Shown: piece after piece, positions 37,431 through 49,447 of the stretch
Layout: every line of letters starts with the position of its first letter
Position numbering within the stretch: the stretch's first letter is position 1
From: Takakia lepidozioides
Lineage: Eukaryota; Plantae; Bryophyta
DNA: 64,000 nucleotides
Assembly: GCA_030704615.1 (NCBI GenBank)
Contig: CM060732.1
Coordinates: 74,772,001-74,836,000, forward strand
Reading direction: 5' to 3'
Notes under the pieces: model-generated
The model's input: the letters and a program-made list of their open reading frames with translations, nothing else
Told to the model about the DNA's origin: nothing
Databases searched by the model: none
Made by a program: the position numbers and the translations under genes

Positions 37431-40400
37431 TTCACAGGGAATGGTTATTATTGGCAGGGAACGACTGTGTGGGAACGACATCTGCAGAGGGAACGTGCAT
37501 TCTGTCTTGAATGACAGTTAGTTAGTTAGGTGGTTAGAATAACTTGCAGATAGATTAGGCAGAGTAGCAGCAACGGGGGGACACTTTAAGGATCACGACT
37601 TGGTCATCAGGGAGTGGAGGACGATCTTGAGCAGAAGGATGGAGAGCGCAGTAGAGGAGGAGACACGATCTGTTGATGCTTGATGAATGCAAGCTGTAGA
37701 GTTGTAGTGTAGAGCAGATTAGAGACACCATGGCAACGGCCTGATACTTGATAGATATTAATCTGATACATACTTCATACTCACACTGTGTAGAGAGACC
37801 TGAGTGAAGCTGTGGAATGAATGGATGAGTGGATGGAACCTGGTAGATTGTTGAAGCAATCTGATACTTAATTATAGGCAGGAAGGTAACTTGTTAACAT
37901 GAATGCGAGAAGGAATACAAAACGGAAGCACCCCCATGATACACTAGCTGTAGGTCATGACTGATTGTTCTGAGCGGGCTGAGTGCTTAGAGATTTCCAA
38001 CTCTTCTATCTTGGAGTTCCCACCTCGGATAGCGAAGGGATGGGTGAGTAAAAACCGCTTGACATTTGGCGACCATACTGGGGAACTGGGTCAAGAACAA
38101 CTAGATGTAACAGGCATCTGGTGGGATCATGGTGGTTGGAGAATCAAAGAATTTGATGTGAATCAAATTCCCTGTGGAACTGAGAAAGAAAGATTGTCCA
38201 AACAATTCTTTCACAGGTTTTTGGACTTGCCAGACGGTTGCAAAGAAAACATTCTTAAGAGAGTGCATGATGTTGATCGTGAGCGGCGTCTGGAGAAAGG
38301 AGTGATAAAGATTTATCAAGTGGCCTGTAGAGGGAGAGCAAGTTGGTTACCAACACTGGTTTATGTGATAGCATTGCTATCCATTAAACGAGTGGAGTTT
38401 GAAAGCTGGGAGGAACGGAAGGTGAATGTTTACACTCACATGCATGAAGAATTTGTACTAGTAAAGGATTCCCAAGGATATCCTGTGGATCAAACTTACA
38501 CCAAGAACAACTTTTTAGACGTGCCTGCCATATGGTTATATGGTAACGGAGTCTTCTAGTATAGCCAAGGGTGCATTAAAGCTTGAAAGAAATCCAGGCA
38601 TATACGAGAGATACTACATAAGAGAGTTTTGGTTATTGCCTCATTAAAGATATGAAAGACATGGGACATGAGTGATGAAAGAGAAGCTAGACTCCACAGA
38701 TATTCAGCAAAAAGATAAAGTTATTTGAAAGCTAATTATCCATATCTTTGGGAGAGAGGAATAGACATAGGGGAATCATCTGGACCTCTCACACCATTAA
38801 GACCAGAGAGTACATCACCCATACCGGAAGAACCAGAGTTGGATGCCACTCCTTCTTATCGTTTACAAGAAAGATTAAGGGATTTGATACAGGAAGAAGA
38901 TCAGCCACGAGGGGAAAGATCTGAGGTACATCCCTGGATTAAAGATTTGACAGAAATCTTTTATCAGAGTTGGCATGGAACACCAAAAGCAGGAACTCCA
39001 GTTTCTGAATCACAAGACAAAGAAGGAGAGGAAGATGTGGCAGAGCCAACGGAGAGTTCAGACTCTCCAACACCACTTCAGTTGAGTTATATGAGTGAGG
39101 AAGAAGAAATCCAAGAGAAGAACTTGGAAGATGAAAACAGAGAGAAGAATTTGGAAGATGAAGAGTATGAAGAGGTAGACCCAATAGTTGAGGTTGAGAC
39201 TACAACCAAGACATCCCAACCTGTTGGACCTGGATCAAGTGGAGTACTTGGATCACAAGCCAACAAAGGTGTCAGCTCAGGGGGATCAGGCGGGCAGCTT
39301 GGATCTGGCTCTGGGGGGACAGGGAGTGTGGGAAGTAGTGCAACTGTAGCTGGGGATACTGTAAATACAGAAGGGCCAGTAGCAGGGAGTGCTCAGGGGC
39401 CAACACCTTGTGAGAGTTCCACCACTACAACAGCAGGTCCTCAAGGACCAGCACCAACAAGAGGATCAGCACCTGTCAGTGGGGAGGGTGTAGGGCCACA
39501 GATGGCAGTACCTCCAACACGGCAAAACCACATTTTCCAATATATGCAGGAAAAGGGGATCCTGATGTACACATCAGCCAATTTGAGCACATGTGTATTG
39601 TGAACAATGAGAATGGCGATGATGCCAAGATGAGACTGTTTCCTTGTTCATTTATCAAGAAAGCAAGTGAATGATATGCAAGGTTTCCTAATAATTATTT
39701 CCTAACCTGGAATGGCCTTAGTACGGCATTCCGAAACAGGTTCAGGACAAGCAAAGCTGAGGATGAAGTGTATGGGAGTTTACAACAATTAAGGCAGATG
39801 TTTTTCATCTTGAGAAGGATGAATGACGGGCCAGACAGGGGAAAACCCTGCGCAACCCTAATGTCTTTCTTTTTGCGCTGCTGCTGTACCAGCACCAGGG
39901 TTACAGAAGACCTGGTTTGTGAGTGGACTAAGACCTGAATTACAAAAGAAAGTGGATATGCTACCCCATAATACAGTGGAAGAGGCCTTCGAAACAGCCA
40001 ACAAAATTGAGCAATTGGGAATGCTCAGGAGAGATAAGAGGGATGATGAGGACTCTGAAGATGAATCAGATGAGGAAGAAGAGCAAGAGCTCAAGAGGAA
40101 GAGTAAGAAGAAGGAAAAGTTGAAGAGGGATAACTATGAGAAAAGACTGGAAGAAATCTTGAAAAAGTATGCCACAGAGGCTGCAACACATAGGAGGAAG
40201 GGTGTTTGGTGTGCAAAATGCCAGAATGAAGGCCATACCACAGCTGAATGCCACATGAAGGAGAAACACTGTACTATTTGTAAAATGGATAACCATTCTA
40301 CTGATAATTGTTATTACAACAGAAGGACAGCTGCAAGAGAACCTAGGCAAGTGAGGGTGCATCAAGTGCAACCCCAGCCAAGAAGAAACAATGATCAGGA

Positions 40401-42557
40401 CCACTATGGTAGGCCTGGTGGATATAACAATGATATGGCAGGGAGAGGTAATACAAGAGGGAATTGCCAAGGCAAGCCCAGAGGCAACTATCAGGGTAAT
40501 CCAAGGGGGAATTACCAGCCAGGGAATCAGGATTATAGAAATAATCCCAGAATAGACCAAGGGCGAGGACCCAATGGAGAAGAACTGTGTTACTATTGTA
40601 ACCAGGCAGGTCATCGCAAAGCCGCCTGTCCATTCTGGATCAGACACCAAAATGAGATGAGAGCTCCTGTGAATGAGGGCCCAGTGGTGGCAGCTCACAT
40701 GGTTAGGCCATGTTTTGTACCAGAAGTAAGTACAATGATAGTTACCAGAAGCAAAGCTAAACTAATACCTCCAGTGGATGAGGAAGAAGATGTTTATGAA
40801 GATGGCAGTGATGTGCCTGAAGATGATGAGGCTTGGAGAGATGAGAAGGAACTGCACAAGGAAGTGGCTGATACCATAAGGGAGATGCAGAAGTATACTG
40901 ATATCCCTATGGCAGATTCTTCTGACTCTGAAAGAGAAGATGAAGAAGGTGAAGAGAAAGTGAAGCAGGAGGCTTCACAGGTGCAGGATAATAAAGGGAC
41001 TCTGGCTGAACTAATATGCCAGTCCAAAGCTGAGATTACCATTGGATAGCTATTGGCTGTGGCACCTCATTGTAGGCACAGGTTGTATCAAGCAATCAAT
41101 CAGATTGCTCATGTGACACAGAACACAGACCTGAACAGCAAGGTGACAAGTTATAATGTGAAGCCTGAAGGGCAAGAAACAGTCATAGACTTTGACGATT
41201 CTATACCAGTAATCCAATTGAGAATTGGAAGCATAGACTTGACTGATGTACTGATAGATGGAGGCTCAGGAGTAAATATTACGACAGACCAAATAAGGCA
41301 GAAGCTTGGTCTAAGTAACATGAAACCAGCCCCATTCACAGTAACAATGGCAGATCAAAAGAGTGTACAGCCATTAGGCTTGATAAGAGGAGTAAAGATA
41401 CAGATTCAGAAGATGATCTTTAAGATTACAATGACTGTGTTGAAAATGGATGATGTCATGGAAGCTTACTCCTTATTGATGGGTCGACCATGGCTGAAAC
41501 AGGCCACGGTATTCCATGACTGGAATTCCCAGTTACTGACTGTGCATGATGGGAAGCACAAGATACAGGTCACCACTAAGAAATCTAGTAGGCTACCTGC
41601 TACCAGAAGACCTCGTGGAGGCAGAGAGTATGACTGGAGGGGAGGACTTGATGAGGAGCAGGAAGCTACCCTGTTTGCTACACACCCAGAGTGGGAGCAG
41701 GTTGCAGAAATGCAACTGGGAGGCCTGAGTTGCTTTAAAGGTATCTGATGTGGTGCAGTAACAGCAACACCAATTGAGGGGGAAACAAGTAGTTACCCAC
41801 CACATTTCTATGAGGAAAGAGAGGAAGAAATAGAAATCCTAGAAGAACCAGCCACTGTGAGTTTACAGGATGAAGTAGTGGCTGGATGGACAATCACATC
41901 TGAAGAGCAGGTGAGAGAAGTGAATGTGGGAACTGAAGAATGGTGAAAGTAGGGGCTGACTTGGAGCCAGAATTCTTTGAGGAAGCTAAGAGCCTGTTTA
42001 TCAAATACAAAGACGTATTTGCTTGGAGCTATGAGGATCTGAAAGGGATACCACCTGAGATCTGCCAGCATAAGATTGAACTGGAACCAGGGTCAGTACC
42101 GATTAAACAGGCAAGGTACAGGGATGAATCCTAACTATGCACATAAGGCTAGGGAAGAGATCAAGAAGCTAGCTGAGGCTAAGTTCATATACCCGATAGA
42201 GTATACAACTTGGCTATCACCCATTGTGATAGTTCCCAAGAAGAATGGCAAACTGAGAGTTTGTGTGAACTATAAGAAGTTGAATGATTGTACAAAGAAA
42301 GATCCATTTCCTTTGCCATTCATAGAGTCTTTACTGGACACTGTGGCAGGCCACGAGATGTACTCATTCATGGATGGCTTCAATGGGTATAACCAAGTGC
42401 AAGTAGCGGAAGAAGACCAGGGAAAGACAGCTTTCATCACAGACTGGGGTGCTTATGCATACAAAGTCATGCCTTTTGGACTTTGTAATGCACCAGCAAC
42501 TTTTCAAAGAGTGATAAGTGAATCCTTCCATGAGTATCTGGATGATTTCATGCAAGT
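37431..42557 (+). mobile_element. Non-chromovirus Ty3/gypsy element 1: partial 5' LTR to 38064, PBS, extra domain, Gag (3 CCHC), protease, RT broken by insertion of element 2
   Basis: LTR end ...cttgaca, then PBS tggcgaccatactgggga; Gag DPDVHISQFE..RLFPCS; CAKCQNEGHTTAEC, CTICKMDNHSTDNC, CYYCNQAGHRKAAC; PR VLIDGGSGVN; RT WLSPIVIVPKKNGKLRVCV.Y, MDGFNGYNQV, VMPFGLCNAPATFQR, ending at DFMQV just before the catalytic xLDD. Confidence 0.93.
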
Positions 42558-43789
42558 TGATAACGGCTATGCTATGAGGGCCAGACAGCGAGGGTCACAA
42601 CGGGACATACCGGGTGGTGATTGGTGTACACTACCTGGTCACGGGCAGAAAAGGCTAAGTACGCGGTACTTAGCAAATGGTGGAACAAGGGTACATTACC
42701 ACGGGAGCAGTAGTGGGTAGTGTAGTGACTGTGGGTCGTGAACCACATTATCACACGGCCACGTTAGCATCGGCTTTAACCAATAGAGGGAGTAGTGGAC
42801 CGTTTACCACTATGGCTCACGACCACTACAACGAGACACTTTTTTAGCAAACCTTTTAGGATGCGTAGGCAGTTAGGCAAACGGTCATTAACGACCGCAG
42901 GCTGTAACGGCTCTTTCGAGCATAGTATAAAAAGGTTGCACGCAACTTAGAAGAGGAGCAGTATGAGTATCAATGATCAGTGTGTATTCAGTGTGTACTT
43001 CTGTGATGATGTGACAAACTCTAAAGTAAAGCCATGCTATTCGAAGTATCTCTGTGCAGAGTGAACGTGAGATGGAGAGAATGTGTATTATGAGAGAACG
43101 TGAGATGGTGAGAATGTGTATCATCTCAGAATAGTTCTTGTTTTGTCTTGACTACCATTTGCTTGTATAAACAAAGAAGCTTCAGTCCTTTCGACTAAGA
43201 TCTTTTATGCCAAAGAGACTGTAGGTTGGGCTTAATCAATAGGATTAAGCAGCCTATAGGGATATGGATTCATACGACGTTCATGGTTTAGCTATCCTTA
43301 AAACGATTACTTCGTAATCGTTTCTGAAAGCATACCGTCGGACAACCTCTGTTGCATGTCTTAGGAAATGGGCAGTAGTGTTGATAGCCTGTTTTGTCTA
43401 AGTCATAAATCAGCGGTTAACATTTGGCGACCATATTGGGGACTAACGGTATGTTGAGTTCAAGTGAACTCAAGGAAGGATGGTTACTCAGTGATTTCTT
43501 GAAATCACAAAAGAACGAGTCAACGGAAGCAGAGGAATGGAAAGCATTCCTGAAAAAATTTCATGGCTTACCAATAGCAATCACTACAACAGATGAGCGT
43601 TTTTATGACTTCACATATGACTATTTTTTTAGTCTTATATGCGTTCATGACTACATCACTCTGTAGTGAAAAAAGCCCTGTCATAGCGACTAGTCTTTAG
43701 GACTGTGTTTTGCAAGTCATATCCATGACTGCTTGCGTGGCACCTGGAGTCCTGCTGCAGAGAGGGTTGCAGTCACAACTATATGACTA

Positions 43790-44290
43790 ATATATGACTA
43801 CATTGTCTGTTGAGTGCTGCCTACATGGAGAGGCTTCAGCGGGACACGTGCGCCACTGCACAAGCGACACGTCATGCATTCGTCAGGGGATGACTATATG
43901 TCTGCAAAGTGATGCCTACATGGAGTGGCGACGGATGGACACGTGCGCCACTGCGAATTTGACATGTCACGACTTCTTGCCATGATCATATGACTACATG
44001 TCTGCACAGTGATGCCTACATGGAGAGGCGCTAGCGAGACACGTGAACTATGGCAGATTTCACACGTGGTGACTACATGACTCGCTCATATGACTACAGG
44101 GATGTTTACATGGAGAGATATTAGCGGGACACCTGTTGCACTTGAGATGTGACATGTGGCACACAGACAAAATATATGACTAGCATATATGACTACGAAT
44201 CTTTACACGTGGTGAAAATATGGATAAAGAATGTCGTGTCATATACTGCTACGTGTTCTGGTTTGAGCAAGAGTGATGCCACGTGTCATC
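43790..44290. repeat. ~100-bp diverged tandem repeats (about 5 units) in the CACTA left subterminal region
   Basis: atgacta.atgtctg...tgcctacatggag.ggc....gacacgtg recurs at about 43794, 43890, 43990, 44090 and 44188. Confidence 0.8.
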
Positions 44291-44772
44291 AAGATTGTTT
44301 TCCTAAATAGTTTCTATATTTAATGTTCATATTTTAATTTTTAATGTTCATATTTTAAATTTTTAGTTTTCATTTAATATTTAAAAGAACAGGGAGATTG
44401 CAGCCTTGGATTTTTTTTTAATGGTATTTTTTAATATTATTATTTAAAATGAAAGTGAATTAAATGATTTAAAATCTTCATTACATGGTGAAATTCCAAC
44501 ATGAAAACAGAATGGATCCCTCCTGCATACTATCAACCACAAGGAGAATGAAAATAGTCAAGTACAGGCAATACAAGCCCTATAAATCACATTACAAAAA
44601 TCCAAATGAGACCAATATCCCAATGGACACCTCAAAAGCCACAAGGTCAAAAAATCCATGCCTCAAAAGGCCCAGCCAAAAACAAGTAAGCCCACACATG
44701 GGCTGAATTGTTGTAGCTAGTATGTTTTAGTGCTATTAGAATCAAGAACTCTGTTAAACAGTGCAATACTGA

Positions 44773-47700
44773 CTATCCCTTCCGCAGCTCCATAAGTTTC
44801 AGTAACTTTAGACTCCAAAGTGTTGTCTGGCCAACCACCTGCCCCAACTCGGTCTGTTTCCTAACACCATTCACATATGGTAGAGGGGTGTTACTGACAC
44901 ATGCCTCTTTGATGTACACACAGGCATAATCAAGGGGCACAGCAGGGTACCTGTAACCCACCACAGCACCTTGAAGAGCAACAATCAGCCCTACTCCACA
45001 TTTCTTGCGTTTGGAGTTCACATCCAACAACCGAACCTCGTCACCCACCCTGAACTGTGATCCCAACTCCACACAAAAAAGAACACGATGTGAAAACCCA
45101 TGACATACACACGATTAGGACACTCAACATTTGCGAGTTAAAGAGAGCCCCAAGGTTGGAAAAAATATAACAGACAAGACAACGGCCTGGACTTACTCCA
45201 TTTGCAGTCTCCAGTGGTGGTGAGACCTCTTTTGGGGGGCTACTCGCCGGCTCGACACTCTTGCCCCTCGTCTGTACCGGCTTGTCGACAATATCACCTT
45301 TTTGTCACAAGTTCCTGTGTCACAGACCAGAGATCAACCAGGAAAGCAATGAGCAAACAGGAATAGTGAATAGAAACAAAATCCAAGTATGAATCAAACA
45401 AAAAAAACCAACATGAAAAGCTGCAAAGAAAACCTAGCATTAATCAAGCAACCGAGGAGAAGCATCCAGGAAAGCAATGCAATGAATGAACCCACAAAAA
45501 TGTAGCCTCTGGAGCACTGTCAGAATGTTTGTACCTTCACAGTAGCAGTGTTGTATGGTTGTTGTCCGAAAACAGGCTGAGACTCCAAAAACTTGGGAAT
45601 ACTGGCAGCTTTCGATGCCTTCCACAAGAAAGGCCACAACACCTCTGTTAGATACTCATCAGTTGGTGAATCTGGTTGCACCTTCCATGGCTCTGGAAAA
45701 ATCCCACTGAAGGGAGGATTGTTTGCCGCCTTTCTTGGTGTGTCATCAACAAGAACAATGTCCTCATAAGTCCATTCTGGCCAGTCTGCCCACACTGTAG
45801 ACAAGTTCTTGAAATATAATGGCTTTGAATCAGACCCCTTACGGCATGGGAGGACTGGATCCTCGTCACAGTGAAGGGCATCCCACTGGAAAACCAGGTT
45901 AGTGTGGGCTGCAAAAATATAGTCCACCATTGGGAAGAAGTTGCGAGCTTGGCAACAAGACCACACCGCCACTCAAAGTGTTCAAAACACTTTTGCAAAA
46001 AGTCATAACAGCGTGGTCTCAAAACTACCATCTTCTTGCCACACATCTTCCCCACAAAACCTTTGGGAAGGGATGCAGGCCCATTAGCAGAATGAAAAGA
46101 TTCACAACAGACCATTTAAGTCCAGAATTAGTAAATGCTTCCTCGTTGGTCCAGGAAGTAAACTGACATTTGGCTTCAACATGTGAGCAAGAGAAATTAA
46201 AGCAACCTGCTTGTTTGTTTTGTCCCCGTCTGCATCTTCCTCCCCATCTAAACTCCCACATACCTGCATACCAGAATCCGGTGTGCCCGGCGGCCGCTGT
46301 CACCATTGCCCCTGGACTGCTACTGCCTTTGTACGTGGCAAGGGCTGAATTTCCACGTGTACCTCACAGCTGGCCTTCCCTGTATCCTGCTGCTGCTCGG
46401 TCAAATTCAAAAGATCATCAGTGACAGGAAGACATAAGGGCTTAGAGTGAGCACCAGTTACCGTCTGAAATTGGGATTCCAAACATTTTGATACTGTCAC
46501 AGCAGACGTATCCATCGTAGATGTCACTGGTCCTGCGCCTGGTAGATTAATCCCCAATCTCGTCACAATGGCTTTCTGGTACTCAATCATACTCTGCATC
46601 TGTAATTTTAATTCTGCCATGTCACGTCCTTGTGATTCCACCAGTTTGTCCAAGCCATCCATCCTGCCAACTACTGTAGAATATGCGAGACTTCCCTCCT
46701 GCCAATCCATGAAAACTTGCCCAAGTATGAATCAAACCCAAAAAACCTAGCATGAACAACCATTGGAAAGAAAACCCAGGCCAAAAGCCGTGAAAAAAAC
46801 CCTAGCAACCTATGATGCAGCAACCACTCTAGCAAACGTGGAAAACACACTTACCGCCTGTCACTCCAGCTGACAACCGTGACACTGAACCCTCTTGAAT
46901 TTCATATAATGTAGGAGGGCACCCTGATAGTGTTTCCTACAAATTAATCCATGCCACAAACAAACCCATGCCACAAGTCAGTAAGCAATGTGAGGGCTGA
47001 CTATATACACATAGCAATTCAATGAGGAACAAAAATACAGAGTCGTGATGATGCCACTTACCAAGCGTGCTTCCACCATTGCCTTCCCACCACGGCCAGT
47101 CTTGGTAGGATTCAGAATTGCACCATTTGCCTTCTTCATGTTGCCCGACACTTTGTGGAACACCTCTGTCTGCCAGTAACTTACAAGCTTGTTCCATACC
47201 TCGTCAGATACAGTAATGGGTTTCCCCTTACCACCCAACCACGCAGTGTGTGCTTCATAACGCTGGCTCTTCATTATTCTGCCAATTGTTTGTTTTAGTG
47301 GAAGTCTTTTAACTCGTGCGGCGTATATGAAAATAGCTTAGCCAGGTGATCTCTGATTTCGTATACAACTTCATCAGGTTGGTTGTTGATGGCAAGGGAA
47401 CAATCTAGCTTGCGATAAGCCTGTCCTTTAAGGGCAGCGTGCCATACATTCCGGGTCTGACCATACGGGGCTCCTTTGAGGTTCGTCAAAATCACCGTGG
47501 GAGGAAGACCTGCAGCTATTCTCTCTTCCTTGACCTTGGCAGCTTCAATTTTGGCTGAGCTATTAGCCCTCCTTAAAGCATTGGTTCTATCATTCTTTGA
47601 AACGGCACCCTCCCCTCCTTCAGAGACCTCCGTGCGCTCAGGAGAATTCAAAGCAGGATCCTGCCAAGTAGGGACTGGTGGCCATGGTTGTTGGCCAGAA

Positions 47701-48889
47701 GGCCGAGGACCATACTGGCCATACTGTCCATAAGCAGGAGGATATTCCGGTGGCCTGCCACCCCATAGCTATTAGGGGGTGGCAAATATGGTGGAGGAGG
47801 ATACTGGCCATACTGCCATATGGAGGAGCACCATATTGACCCTGACCATACTGAGTGCCAGACTGTGGGTACTGAGGCATACCATAATAAGGTGGGGGTA
47901 CTGGTGGCACAGAACCCACAACGGGAGAGTTAGGGCCACCTCCTGCGTTCTTGTGGGCGCCATCTCCATTGCTAGCAGCAGGGATCGTGGATCCAGTGCT
48001 TGTGCTTGCCCTGAAAAGAAATTCCCCCAGTACAATGTGGGTGATTACACATACATATAGGCAGCAAGCAGCAAATCCTTGAATTCAGGCAAAACAAACT
48101 GGAAGCACATATCATTTGTAAAGACAAGATTACCCAAAACTCAGTATGATCTTGGGCAGTAAATCTCCCAAATTTGATTGGCCCCAATGATGTCCTCCCA
48201 GTACTTTTGAGCCCTCTTAGGTATGGGGTGTTCCTGAAATCCATAGCAAAGAATTCAAATGGACAAACCTGATGGGTCCATGAGAAGTATCCCTCCAGTT
48301 TTTACTGATATTCTGGTGCATAAGTAACCCAAGTATCTCTATAAGTAGCCATTGTAGCTTAGTACCAGGACGTTGGTTTCATGGGGCAAAGAATTTGAAC
48401 ACACCTGAAGTCTACATTGGCCTGACATCATGCCTTTGGCACTTCAACTTGTCTAGTGGAAATCATGTGATTGTGCCTTGGTTGACCCCTGCATTGTCCA
48501 ACTTCCCTGTCTTGACAGACATACCCTATCTCTTCGTGATTTACCAAAAACATACATAATTAGAATCATGGTCATTGTGAAGAACTATAACTCACAGACG
48601 GAGAAGGTTTCGTAGTGTAGATGATGGGCGTTTTTGTCCTGCGACATGAGCATGGGCATGTTCTCCTCGGCTTGCGTGGCATCCGCCGACGACGCACTCG
48701 CCTCGCACTGGCGTGGGAGGAGTGGATCGTCCTCATCGTCCTCAGAAGAGCCCTCATGCAAAATCGTAGTCTGTTCATCGTCTTCAGTCTGGCACTTTGC
48801 CTTGCAGGACCTTGATCCCTACATTTTTCCTTCGGAGGCGTGGCTTGCGAGGGCGATTCGCTCCCGCAAGCCTGCACAAACACCTCCAT
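44773..48889 (-). pseudogene. CACTA second gene (TnpA-like): Y/P/Q/G-rich region, Ptta/En/Spm-like domain, coiled coil, FCP1/NIF-like HAD domain and C-terminal Tnp1/DUF8039-like domain; several frameshifts
   Basis: VSDEVWNKLVSYWQTE..HKVSGNMKKAN....TKTGRGG (Transposase_24-like); KHLLILDLNGLL...VLRPRCYDFLQKCFEHFEVAVWS...LYFKNLSTVW...IVLVDDTPRKAANNP...IFP (NIF/FCP1); VRLLD...GVG.....VPLDYACVYI......PLPY......LGQVVGQTTLW (Tnp1-like); GT-AG-bounded exons. Confidence 0.8.
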
Positions 48890-49447
48890 GACCTCCTCTC
48901 AACAATCACAAACAAATGTAAGCATACATACCCTAATACTCTTAAGCCTACGCTGAACCACAGCCGCACCCTACCAGGACGTAATGCCTGCCCACGAATG
49001 ACGGCGACATCTCCCGCCTAATGACACACCCTCCTCAAACCTAATCGTCACTCACTGCATGTTGTTTGCCTCTCTGTTTGTACAAGTCGCAGCTACTCGC
49101 CCCCATTTGTGCTATGAAGCTTATGATCGCTGTAGGAAGGTTAGAGGATAAGGCAAATCGCAAGTTTAGTGGGTGGGTATCCAAAGTCAGGAACTAAACT
49201 CACCCATCTATCGACTGCTTGAACGTTGCTTCCACCTCCTTTATGGCAGCAATCCGGCGCTCTCGGAACTTCTCGTACTCAGTGAGAGGGACTGTCACTT
49301 CGAAGACCTTCCGCTTCACCATGGACACTCAGAAACGATACTTATAGTATACTATAGATATAGAAATAGCACATTGGCAGCTGGTGCAAAACTAGAGACA
49401 ATGCACTGTGCGTAGCATGCAAAGAGGGAAGGGGTGACGTTCAAAGC

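Noticed and set aside
40066-40698. 210-aa hydrophobic minus-strand ORF
   Set aside because: Antisense to the purine-rich Gag; a compositional artefact
43661-43668. Internal GTAGTG as an early CACTA right end
   Set aside because: No AAT TSD and no extended TIR match; the true end is 56121
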